Positions 17,516 to 26,406 of a stretch of DNA of 64,000 bases are shown here, piece after piece. The DNA lies in assembly GCA_002435905.1 (NCBI GenBank), contig DIWW01000016.1, positions 72,389-136,388 on the forward strand. Direction: 5' to 3'. Each line of letters opens with the position of its first letter. Within the stretch, counting starts at the first letter, position 1. The position numbers and the translations under genes are program-made. The notes under the pieces were generated by a model. The model saw only the letters and a program-made list of their open reading frames with translations, searched no databases and was not told the DNA's origin. The stretch comes from Peptococcaceae bacterium UBA6096 (GTDB lineage Bacteria > Bacillota > Peptococcia > DRI-13 > UBA5745).

Positions 17516-19268
17516 AGAATTCCTCTTTTGCTTTTCGCTTGATTCGCAGGATATAGTAAGCTTCTCCTAAGATTGCCAGGCTTAACACGATGGGCAGCCA
17601 ATGCGCTTTGAAGGCGCCCAGGATCCCGGTGCTGCCGCCATCGATGGGCAATCCGTCCGGCCCCAGGATCTCACCGTCCGGCCCGATCATGCCCCCCTCT
17701 CCCATTTCCGGCTCCGTCATGGCCATCACATTCATCGAAAAAGGATGCTCGTCCGTCACCGACTGGTTGTTGTTGTCTGTATAGGTAAAAATCAGCTTGC
17801 CTTGGATGGTGCCCTCTTCCATGGGAATGATCATGCCTGCATAAGAATTCGTGGCGCCGATGGCCAGCTTGGCAAGATACATGCTGGCATCCTGGGCCTC
17901 GAAGTTCCCCTCAAGGCTCACGGTGAATTCTGTCAGGTCCACTTTGCCTGCATTGGCGAATTCAGCCGTGACCGGTATCGGCTGGCCGGCAAAACCTTCG
18001 GTTGGGATATTCAGTGTCATAATCTGAAGCTTCGCTTGCTGAGTGACCGGAATATTGACATTGTCGGACACTGACAAATCCGTCTTGGTTCCTTTGTCGT
18101 CCTCATATTTTATGACCACCGGCACGATGTAGGTCTTCGCCGCGGCACTGGGATCCACGAAAAAAGTGATGGTTTTGCTGACCGTGGTTTTCCCTTCAAT
18201 CTGATCCAAATGGAAGGTGTTGCTTGAATTGACCGGAGAAAAGACGGTGGTGCTGCTGGTCCCGGTGTCGGTTTGGATATCCTGGACGCCAAACGAAATG
18301 AGAATGTTCCTCACCGGTTTTTGGTTGGTGTTTTCAATGGCCAGCGACAGGTCGATCCTGTCTCCTGCCAGAACCTGGTCCTTGGATAAGGTGTACTTCT
18401 TGATGATGACCCGGGGAATCGCTCCATTGCTTGCCACAGAATCGGTGGGCAAAGGAATGAAAAGCTCTTCAATGTTATCCGCCAAGGCCACCGTGCCGTT
18501 GGCGTAACTGTAGCCGGTGCTCAGCTTGATGCTGTTGCTGGTCCGGCCCTCCAGCTCGCGAAGCCTGAAATCGATCCCCACCGTATCGTTGGTGTAGATC
18601 TTGGCTAATTCCTTTTTGTTGCTGATATCCATGACCTCAAAGTTCTTATTGCCGTCCAGCAAAAATTGAACGTTGCGCAGGTCATAGAGCAAGCTGCTGT
18701 TTTTGACCATGATGCGGATATTGAAGCCGTTCAGGACATCCGGCGCCTGATCCAACAGAATGATGTCTTGGATCGTCAAGGTCGGTTTGACGCTGGTGAA
18801 GGAGGTGCTGACGCTGCTCATGGCCGTATAAGTGCCGCAATTCTGCATCATCGCATTTTGGCAGAGGACCCGGCCGATCAGTCGATAAGTTTTTTCAGTC
18901 GAGGTTTCGGCATCCACCGCGAATTTCACGGAAAGGGTGGCGGTGCCGCCCTCATCCAGCATGGTGATTGTTTCCGGCGGTGTGAAGGTAAAAGGTCCTT
19001 CCGTAAAATCAGAGATCCCTTCAATGGCTGCATCGAAGGAAAGATTGAAGGCGGGTTTGTTGCTGATGTTTTTGATGGTATAGACAACGGTGAATTCTTC
19101 ACCGATCACCGCCGGATCCTGGCGGGTCACTTCCATAGTCAAAATCGGATTGATGGAATCGGTCACGTCCACCTGAGCCCCATAGGCAGGCAGACTCAAA
19201 CTGAGCAACATCATCACCATCATGGCCATTGCAGCCCAAGCGCTGCCTTTTTTACCCAAATTTGTCAT
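17505..19268 (-). CDS. Exported repeat protein (four CARDB/COG1361-like beta-sandwich modules) with a C-terminal membrane anchor
   Basis: Signal peptide ...SLSLPAYGAQV. Four ~110-aa modules each carry G(E/D)xF/IxVxxxIxNxSxxxxxN-type strands. C-terminal TM WLPIVLSLAILGEAYYIL followed by RIKRKAKEE. Start set at ATG 19268 (GAGGAG 7 nt upstream); the track ORF starts at 19307 in an ATGA overlap with the ATPase gene. Confidence 0.7.
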   Translation of the reverse strand: MTNLGKKGSAWAAMAMMVMMLLSLSLPAYGAQVDVTDSINPILTMEVTRQDPAVIGEEFTVVYTIKNISNKPAFNLSFDAAIEGISDFTEGPFTFTPPETITMLDEGGTATLSVKFAVDAETSTEKTYRLIGRVLCQNAMMQNCGTYTAMSSVSTSFTSVKPTLTIQDIILLDQAPDVLNGFNIRIMVKNSSLLYDLRNVQFLLDGNKNFEVMDISNKKELAKIYTNDTVGIDFRLRELEGRTSNSIKLSTGYSYANGTVALADNIEELFIPLPTDSVASNGAIPRVIIKKYTLSKDQVLAGDRIDLSLAIENTNQKPVRNILISFGVQDIQTDTGTSSTTVFSPVNSSNTFHLDQIEGKTTVSKTITFFVDPSAAAKTYIVPVVIKYEDDKGTKTDLSVSDNVNIPVTQQAKLQIMTLNIPTEGFAGQPIPVTAEFANAGKVDLTEFTVSLEGNFEAQDASMYLAKLAIGATNSYAGMIIPMEEGTIQGKLIFTYTDNNNQSVTDEHPFSMNVMAMTEPEMGEGGMIGPDGEILGPDGLPIDGGSTGILGAFKAHWLPIVLSLAILGEAYYILRIKRKAKEEFFDE

Positions 19269-19303
19269 ACTGTGTCTCCTCGTCTTTCGTCTTTCTAACC
19301 GGG

Positions 19304-20050
19304 TCATTCCGCCGAAGCTTCTTGGTCCCCTGAGGTATGGTCGAACTCAACGGCTTGGCCGGTCCTTTGATCGAGGATTCGATTGATTTCGCCGTCCCGC
19401 ATATAGATGATGCGGTCAGCCTGTACCGTCAGTTCCTCGTTATGGGTCACCATCACCAGGGTGACGCCGTTTTCCCGGACCCGCTCGATCAGGATATCCA
19501 TGATTTCTTTGGTGTTCTTGGTATCCAGATTGCCTGTGGGTTCATCCGCATACAATATCTTGGGATCGTTGATCAAAGCTCTGGCGATACTGACCCGCTG
19601 CTGCTGTCCGCCGCTCATTTCCGTCGGTTTGTTTCTCAGCCGTTTGCCCAATCCAATCTGCGTCAGCAGAGCCTTGGCCTGTTTTTCCCTTCGGCCTTTA
19701 GGCATCCCATCAAACATAAGAGGCATCGCTACATTTTCCACGGAGGAAAACGTCGGCACCAGATTATAGGCCTGAAAAATAAAGGCCATATAACGGCGCC
19801 GAAACAGAGCCATGTCTCTCTCTTTGATTTTATTGATACAGATACCCTTGACAAACACGTCGCCCCGGGTTGGTTTTTCCAGTCCGGCGATCAAATGCAG
19901 CAATGTGCTTTTGCCGGAACCGGAAGGGCCTAAAATGCAAATAAACTCCCCGGCGTCGATGGTTAGATCCACGTCTTTGACGGCTGTAATCACTTCATGC
20001 CCCAAACGGTATTTCCGGGTCAATCCCTTGATCTCAATAAGCGGCGTCAA
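19304..20050 (-). CDS. ABC transporter ATP-binding protein (MacB/LolD-like)
   Basis: Walker A GPSGSGKST, signature MSGGQQQRVSIARAL and Walker B ILYADEPTGNLD. Confidence 0.92.
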   Translation of the reverse strand: MTPLIEIKGLTRKYRLGHEVITAVKDVDLTIDAGEFICILGPSGSGKSTLLHLIAGLEKPTRGDVFVKGICINKIKERDMALFRRRYMAFIFQAYNLVPTFSSVENVAMPLMFDGMPKGRREKQAKALLTQIGLGKRLRNKPTEMSGGQQQRVSIARALINDPKILYADEPTGNLDTKNTKEIMDILIERVRENGVTLVMVTHNEELTVQADRIIYMRDGEINRILDQRTGQAVEFDHTSGDQEASAE

Positions 20051-20072
20051 AATCCAGCCTCCTCGCTAATGT

Positions 20073-21605
20073 TTATATATCCATTATCATAGACGAGGGT
20101 TGCTTCGAATAAGTTCCATCTAAAATCGATTTTACTAAATTTTTCATCTCATTTTTTTCAGCCACTTTGGTATGATGAACTTCCCGATGATCCAGTCCTT
20201 CCAAGGCAGGATGCACCGGGATGCCGGCATATCCCGAAAGGGCTTCCAGAATCTGGAGTTCGTCCAATTCCTCCGGTGCCTTTTCATCCCCTAAGGCTTC
20301 CATCACGCTTTTGCAGAATTTGAAGGGGCTGGCCGTTGCATCCAATATGGACAGGGTTTCGTCACCCGTTGCTTGTTTATACTGTTCGTAGACAGCCGCG
20401 CCCACGGCCGTATGGGGATCCAACACATAACCATAGGTTTTGAAGACATTCCGTGTCTGAGCCGCGGCTTCCGCCTCATCGGCGGCGCCAGCCCATAGGA
20501 TCTCCCGCATTTTAGCCAGCAAGGCGGCATCCACCTGGAATTTTCCGGTTTGATTGAGCTCATCCATCCAGGCGTTGATCAGGGTTCCATCATGGCCGGT
20601 CATCTCAAAAAGGAACCGCTCCAGATTGCTGGAAATCAAAATGTCCATGGAAGGGCTTTGGGTCTTATAAAAAGGCCGGTTCCGGTCATAGATCCCGGTC
20701 TCGAAGAAATCCGTCAGAACTTTGTTGGTATTGGACGCGCAAATCAGCTTGCCGATCGGCAAGCCCATGGATTTGGCATACCAGGCTGCCAGAATGTTGC
20801 CAAAATTGCCGGTGGGCACGACGAAATTCAAGGGTTCCCCCATTTCAATGCAGCCGGCTTCTGTCATGGAAAGATAGGAATAAAAATAGTATACGATTTG
20901 AGGCGCAAGACGTCCCCAGTTGATGGAATTGGCAGAGGAAAGCTGCTGTTTGCGGAGGGACAGTTCACGAGCCATTTCCTGATCGCCGAAAATCCTTTTG
21001 ACTCCATCCTGGCAATCGTCGAAATTGCCTTTGATGGCAACCACGTAGGTGTTGTCGCCATCCGTGGTGCTCATCTGCAGTTCCTGGACCTTGCTAACGC
21101 CCTGATGGGGATAGAATACGACGATTTGGATACCGGGAACATTTTTGAAGCCTTCCAGCGCCGCTTTGCCGGTATCCCCGGAGGTAGCCACCAGGATCAG
21201 CACCTGCTTGCCTGAGCCCTCCTTGACCAGGGCCTTGGACAGGAGGTGCGGCATGATCTGCAGCGCCATATCCTTAAAGGCTGCCGTGGGGCCGTGCCAC
21301 AGTTCCAGAATGCCGCCCAGATTCTCCAGGAGGGTCACCGGCGCAATGTCTTCATTGAAGAAATTTTTTCCATAAGCTTTATCTGCGCATTCCTGCAGTT
21401 CCGTCTCGGAATAATCGTCCAAATAGAGCTTCAGGATCTCAGCAGCCAGCTTGGGGTAATTCAGTCCCTCCATGGCCGTGATCTCAGACAGGGTCAGATG
21501 GGGGATCTGTTCAGGTACGAATAGGCCGCCCTCCGGCACCATGCCTAAATAAATCGCCTGGGATGCCGTGACCGGCGCGTGATTTCCTCTGGTACTGATA
21601 TACAT
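20073..21605 (-). CDS. thrC: Threonine synthase (long form)
   Basis: MYISTRGNHAPVTASQAIYLGMVPEGGLFVPE...PTAAFKDMALQ...ATSGDTGKAA, with the PLP lysine motif. Confidence 0.9.
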   Translation of the reverse strand: MYISTRGNHAPVTASQAIYLGMVPEGGLFVPEQIPHLTLSEITAMEGLNYPKLAAEILKLYLDDYSETELQECADKAYGKNFFNEDIAPVTLLENLGGILELWHGPTAAFKDMALQIMPHLLSKALVKEGSGKQVLILVATSGDTGKAALEGFKNVPGIQIVVFYPHQGVSKVQELQMSTTDGDNTYVVAIKGNFDDCQDGVKRIFGDQEMARELSLRKQQLSSANSINWGRLAPQIVYYFYSYLSMTEAGCIEMGEPLNFVVPTGNFGNILAAWYAKSMGLPIGKLICASNTNKVLTDFFETGIYDRNRPFYKTQSPSMDILISSNLERFLFEMTGHDGTLINAWMDELNQTGKFQVDAALLAKMREILWAGAADEAEAAAQTRNVFKTYGYVLDPHTAVGAAVYEQYKQATGDETLSILDATASPFKFCKSVMEALGDEKAPEELDELQILEALSGYAGIPVHPALEGLDHREVHHTKVAEKNEMKNLVKSILDGTYSKQPSSMIMDI

Positions 21606-21619
21606 TCAAAGCACACTCC

Positions 21620-23569
21620 TCAATTTGTTTTCATCATGCTGTCGTAAACAGCGCCTAAGACACTCAGCAGCTGTCCGTAATTCGGAACCGCCGTCAGGTC
21701 ACGGCATTGATTCAGGATCAGCGGGCTTAGGATCCCATTGTCCTTCAGATATTCCCGGGCCTCTTCAGGCAGCATATTTTTGCCGGTCATCCCGAAGGCA
21801 GCCTTCTGGAGTACTTCCCCCACAGTTACATTTTCGGAAACTTCCACCGTCCGTTCCGGGATGGAACCGGTCCGCTCCGCAACCAGCCGCAGCACTTTGT
21901 TCAGTTTATTCTGAAGCGCCCATTTCGTAATCGCCTTTTCCAGATGATAATCGTTGTCATAGCCGCCTTCCGTCAGGCCCAGTTCACGCATGGTCCGCAC
22001 ACCGGGATAAGCCCAATGATCCATCACCTCGATGCGAGGGGGTACGTATTCGATCAGATAAGCGCCTTGGGCAATCAGCTGGCTTTGGATCCAGGGAATG
22101 GCGGTATCTTTCATTTGAGTCATTTGCCGGAAGGTATTTTCATGGTCCACCGCCCAGGCGCAGGCAACGCCGGCAGCTTCGCCTGCCGCCATCCCCACCG
22201 GGATGACACGGGTGCTGCCATGGGGCAAAGAATCATAGGAAGCGCTTCGTCCAACCACCAACAGTTGATCCACGACCTTGGGGACGATGCTGCGGAAAGG
22301 GATGCTATAGATTTCAGGGTCCCCGATCACATTGCCGTAATTGTTGGGTCCCGTAGGCTGGACATCCACCGGATAGCTGCCATGGGCGATCCGGTCCCAT
22401 TGGTCCCGGTTCTCCAAAACATCTGTAATGGTCAAACGATATTCGCCCTGGATATGCCTGGTCTCCCGGACATAGAGCCTCGGCGCGGTGTCCACGAACT
22501 GCGCTTTTTCAAAGCCTGTAAAATTCGCCTGCATAAATTCCACAATATGGGGTATCTCGTGCCGACCGCGGAGGATCCCGGCGGCCCTGGACAAGGGATT
22601 CAGCCCGTCCACGCCGAAAATGACCAAGGCATTGATCAAAACATCACCGTTTTCCTGGCGGGCAATATTGGGTCCCCGTAAACGCATCATGGCATCCACA
22701 GGTTTGTAATTCAGGGCGATTTCGCCATATCCCCAGGCTGCCACCTTCGAAGCGCCGGTGCCTTCATCGCCGTCGTTCTTAAGATATTTGACCACGTTGT
22801 CCCAGTTCACACCGGAAAGCTCAAAAACCAGCGTGACGCCCTGCCGGAGGCCGGCCTCCCCGTAATCTTCGCCGCCCACCGTATAAGGGACGCCGGCGGC
22901 GGCCGCGATATCCGCATCCACGGTGGCATCGATCACGGTCAAGGACCTGTAGGTTTTTGCCTTTCCCGCTTCCTGGACCATCAATCCTGAGATGGTATGG
23001 TCTTTCATCACCGGCTTTATGATCTTTGTATTCAGTAAAACCGTAAGGTTTTGCTCTGCCCGGGCTTTTTCCAAGAACCACCCTTTCGCTGTCTCCACGT
23101 CAAAGGCATTGCCCAGGTCATTATAAAACTCCTGGAAGATCCCCTGGGTCAGCAGGGTACCCTCCGAGTCGTGGTTCATATCCAGGAAATTCAGCATGCC
23201 CAAAGTCATCAGACCACCCAGCGCAGATGATTCCTCTATAAGAAGCGTCTTCATTCCGTTTCGGGCGGCAGACAACGCGGCAGCCACACCTTCCGGTTCA
23301 CCGCCGGCCACGATCACATCATACCCTTCCACGCCCTCGATCATCGGAGCCTCCGCCGGCTCAGTCTCCACCGGTTCCGACGGCTGAGTTTCACCTGGTA
23401 CGGAGGGGGCTGGTTCGGTCACCGACGGTTCCTGTTCAAAAACACGACCTGCAAATTCCAGCAGTCCGCAGCCGGTCATCAGCATCATCGCCGTGAGCGT
23501 CACAGCCAGCAGCCGGACGGCCGGTCCTGTCTTAGATTTTATTGAATTCAAGTTGACCCTTCGTTTCAT
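21620..23569 (-). CDS. FAD-dependent oxidoreductase family protein with an exported/lipoprotein-type N-terminus
   Basis: The dinucleotide-binding stretch YDVIVAGGEPEGVAAALSAARNGMKTLLIEESSALGG follows a signal sequence ending in the lipobox-like LMTGC. Start set at ATG 23569 (AAAGGAG 6 nt upstream); the track ORF extends to 23638. Confidence 0.72.
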   Translation of the reverse strand: MKRRVNLNSIKSKTGPAVRLLAVTLTAMMLMTGCGLLEFAGRVFEQEPSVTEPAPSVPGETQPSEPVETEPAEAPMIEGVEGYDVIVAGGEPEGVAAALSAARNGMKTLLIEESSALGGLMTLGMLNFLDMNHDSEGTLLTQGIFQEFYNDLGNAFDVETAKGWFLEKARAEQNLTVLLNTKIIKPVMKDHTISGLMVQEAGKAKTYRSLTVIDATVDADIAAAAGVPYTVGGEDYGEAGLRQGVTLVFELSGVNWDNVVKYLKNDGDEGTGASKVAAWGYGEIALNYKPVDAMMRLRGPNIARQENGDVLINALVIFGVDGLNPLSRAAGILRGRHEIPHIVEFMQANFTGFEKAQFVDTAPRLYVRETRHIQGEYRLTITDVLENRDQWDRIAHGSYPVDVQPTGPNNYGNVIGDPEIYSIPFRSIVPKVVDQLLVVGRSASYDSLPHGSTRVIPVGMAAGEAAGVACAWAVDHENTFRQMTQMKDTAIPWIQSQLIAQGAYLIEYVPPRIEVMDHWAYPGVRTMRELGLTEGGYDNDYHLEKAITKWALQNKLNKVLRLVAERTGSIPERTVEVSENVTVGEVLQKAAFGMTGKNMLPEEAREYLKDNGILSPLILNQCRDLTAVPNYGQLLSVLGAVYDSMMKTN

Positions 23570-23699
23570 GGGATGCTCCTTTAACCGAGTTTTAACGTCA
23601 TTCGATGGACTTCTATTGTTGTTATCAAAGGAATACACATTGCAGTTTTAAGGCAATGTGTATCAGCGTCTAATTATTGCCCATTGAGAAAGCGGCGGC

Positions 23700-24389
23700 T
23701 TAAGCCTGATAACGGAGCAGGCAGAGCATAACTTCCCGGGACTGTTCGATGTGTTCAAAAGCCGCATTCCGCGCAGCTTTCGGATCCCGGGCTTCGATGG
23801 CGGCCAAAATCTTGCGGTGCTCCTCCAAGGCAAATTTCAGACGTCCCGGGGTCGCCAACGTGGTTGAACGAAGGCGGTAGGTTTGCTCCCGCAGGTCATT
23901 GACGAGATTTTCGATCCGTTTATTCTTGGATGCCCGGTATAACTGGGAATGGAACTGCACATCGATTTCGATGGTTTTTATAAGATCCGAACTTTCCCAC
24001 ATGCTGCTTTCCATTTCCATGCTGTGCTTCATCGCCTGAATGTCTTCTTCCGTGGCCCGAACGGCGGCATTGTAGGCAGCCAGGGCTTCCAGGGCGGCAC
24101 GGATCTCAAAAACATCATTGATATCCTGGATCGATAAAGAAGCAACGTAAGTGCCTTTTCGGGGAATAACGGCCACATAACCTTCGGTTTCCAGTTTGCG
24201 TACCGCTTCCCGCACGGGGGTTCGGCTCACTGCCATTTCGTCGGCAAGCTCGGTTTCCATGAGACGTTCGCCAGGCTTAAATTGGTTTTTAATGATGGCT
24301 TCACGGATTGCTTCATAAACAGCCTCGCCAAGAGGCTTGGCACAATTGAAGTCAATCACTAATTGAGGTCGTTCAGTTTTCTTTGTCAT
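23700..24389 (-). CDS. GntR-family regulator (FadR/FCD subfamily)
   Basis: GERLMETELADEMAVSRTPVREAVRKLETEGYV forms the wHTH, followed by a helical FCD-like C-terminal domain. Start at MTKKTERP (GGAGG upstream). Confidence 0.85.
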   Translation of the reverse strand: MTKKTERPQLVIDFNCAKPLGEAVYEAIREAIIKNQFKPGERLMETELADEMAVSRTPVREAVRKLETEGYVAVIPRKGTYVASLSIQDINDVFEIRAALEALAAYNAAVRATEEDIQAMKHSMEMESSMWESSDLIKTIEIDVQFHSQLYRASKNKRIENLVNDLREQTYRLRSTTLATPGRLKFALEEHRKILAAIEARDPKAARNAAFEHIEQSREVMLCLLRYQA

Positions 24390-24706
24390 CTGGCGAGGCC
24401 TCCTTTTTCTGTTAAAATATATATCAAACGTCAAATACTAATTTGACGCTTCTACTTATCCTATTATTTTAACAGAACATTGATGTTTTGTCTTTAGAAT
24501 TGTTTATTTTGAAGCGGATTTGCGGATGCCGCAGGCCCTGCCCGTTCATTCCCCGGCTATCGGATGGCGGCCGCCGGACACAGTCTGGATTTGCGTCCTT
24601 TTCACTGATTTATTTTATTATTTTTTAGGCTTTTCACTTCCCCTAAAAAAGCATATAATTAATAAGCTTAGGGCCCATCGATTAAAAGCGCAGGGAGGTG
24701 AATTCC

Positions 24707-25639
24707 ATGTTCTCCATTTATCGTTCAAAAGATGGCAGAATGTACGAAACCAGTTTTATTGAGAAGAACGTTTGGATCAATCTTTTTGATCCTTCCGAAG
24801 AAGAGCTGCGGCTGGTCGCAAAAGAAACCGGTATCTTTTATGATTTCCTGCGCTATCCTCTGGATGATGAAGAGCGCCCCCGCGTGGAGATCGAGGATGA
24901 CCAGATCCTGACCATCATCGACATCACCAATTATGACTATGCCCATTCCACGTATGATACGGTACCTATGGGTATTGTGACAACGCCGGATTTCGTGATC
25001 ACCGTATGCCTTAAGGACACAGGACTTCTGGATGATTTCGTCCATAGCCGCATCAAGGGGATCTCCACTGCAAAACGGACCCGCTTCCTCTTGCTGATTC
25101 TTTATAAAAATGCCATGCTGTTTCTGCGTCACCTGCGTGAAATCGACCGGAAAACCACCGATGTGGAATCAGAATTCCATAAATCCATGGGAAATAAAGA
25201 AGTCATCCGTTTGATGAATTACGGAAAGAGCTTAGTTTACCTGTCCACATCCCTTCATTCAAACCAGGTGGTGCTGGAGCGGCTGACCCGGACCCGTGCC
25301 CTGAAAAAGTACGAAGAAGATGAAGACCTGCTGGAAGATGTCATCATCGAGAACAAGCAGGCTTTGGAAATGGCGACCATTTATTCCGACATCCTCAATG
25401 GCACCATGGATGCCTATGCTTCGCTGATCTCAAACAACTTGAACATCGTCATGAAATTTTTGGCAGCCATCACCATTATCATGGCGCTTCCCACCATGGT
25501 CTTCAGTTTTTTTGGCATGAATGTGGATCTTCCCTTGGCTGGATTGCTTTATCCTTATGGCTTTCTGGTGATCCTGGGCATTTCCGTCTTTTTATCGGTG
25601 ATCGCCACATGGCTGCTCTACCGGAAAAACATGTTTTGA
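24707..25639 (+). CDS. corA: CorA-family divalent metal (Mg/Co) transporter
   Basis: The C-terminal two TM helices carry the FFGMNV (GMN) motif. Start at MFSIYRS, preceded by GGGAGGTG. Confidence 0.85.
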   Translation: MFSIYRSKDGRMYETSFIEKNVWINLFDPSEEELRLVAKETGIFYDFLRYPLDDEERPRVEIEDDQILTIIDITNYDYAHSTYDTVPMGIVTTPDFVITVCLKDTGLLDDFVHSRIKGISTAKRTRFLLLILYKNAMLFLRHLREIDRKTTDVESEFHKSMGNKEVIRLMNYGKSLVYLSTSLHSNQVVLERLTRTRALKKYEEDEDLLEDVIIENKQALEMATIYSDILNGTMDAYASLISNNLNIVMKFLAAITIIMALPTMVFSFFGMNVDLPLAGLLYPYGFLVILGISVFLSVIATWLLYRKNMF

Positions 25640-25644
25640 TGCTT

Positions 25645-26349
25645 TCAAGAGGCTCTTGCGTCGGGTCGGCAGACCGAGCATGGCTGATAGATCCTCGCCA
25701 AGGCTTCCAGACGGCAGGGTATCTTGCTTCTCATTAAGTAACGGCAATCTTCCTGATGATAATGGGTCCCCCAGCGTGTGATAAACACCAGGGGGCCCTT
25801 TTTTTGCATGGCGGCTGATTCTTCAAGGCCGCGGAAAGGCAGCAGTTCCCTTCCCACCAGCCAGGCTCTTTGTTGTTTCGTCAGCGTATAGGTAAGATGT
25901 CCCGGTAAAAGCGCCGCTGCTGCGGATTTTACCCGGGAGGGGCAAAATACCAGGGTGAGCTGGACATCTTCGGTGCCCCATGGGGCAAAATTCGAAGGGC
26001 ATATGGCTGTTTTCCAGATGAGTGCCGGCTTCAGCCTGTCGTACGCCTCCAAATGAGCCTGCAAGCAGCGGTCCGCCCAAAGGGCTGTGGCCGCAGCCGG
26101 AAGGATCCCTTCCCCCGCATCATGGTCCACGATCCTACCGATCCCTTGCTGAAGGGTATAGGATGCCGCTGTCATTTCCTGGACTGACGCCGTCAGAGCC
26201 CGGTCCAGATCAAGAAGCTGTCCTGCCGTCTGAACGAAAGCGATCATCAGCAATGCAAAAAACCATGTCACAGATAGGGCCAACAGTGCTTCAACGGTCA
26301 TACTTCCGGCTTCCGGCGCTTCGCTGAAGGCTTCATTGCCTCTTCTCAT
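25645..26349 (-). CDS. TadE-like pseudopilin N-terminus fused to a C-terminal His/Cys-rich module
   Basis: N-terminus EAGS-MTVEALLALSVTWFFALLMIAF is a TadE/F-type prepilin-like leader. The last 47 aa read VFITRWGTHYHQEDCRYLMRSKIPCRLEALARIYQPCSVCRP (H-x-H-x3-C-x9-C-x11-C-x2-C). Last gene of the Tad-like operon. Confidence 0.55.
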   Translation of the reverse strand: MRRGNEAFSEAPEAGSMTVEALLALSVTWFFALLMIAFVQTAGQLLDLDRALTASVQEMTAASYTLQQGIGRIVDHDAGEGILPAAATALWADRCLQAHLEAYDRLKPALIWKTAICPSNFAPWGTEDVQLTLVFCPSRVKSAAAALLPGHLTYTLTKQQRAWLVGRELLPFRGLEESAAMQKKGPLVFITRWGTHYHQEDCRYLMRSKIPCRLEALARIYQPCSVCRPDARAS

Positions 26350-26406
26350 CGATACCTCCCGGAGGCTTCCAGCCCCCTCTCTATAGACCGAAAACCCTCT
26401 GCGACT

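Noticed and set aside
24435-24706. A possible Mg-sensing M-box or other leader upstream of corA, and the 80-aa ORF at 24520-24762.
   Set aside because: I recognised no M-box conserved core. The ORF overlaps the corA start in another frame, has no RBS, and looks spurious. The region is more simply the divergent gntR/corA promoter region.
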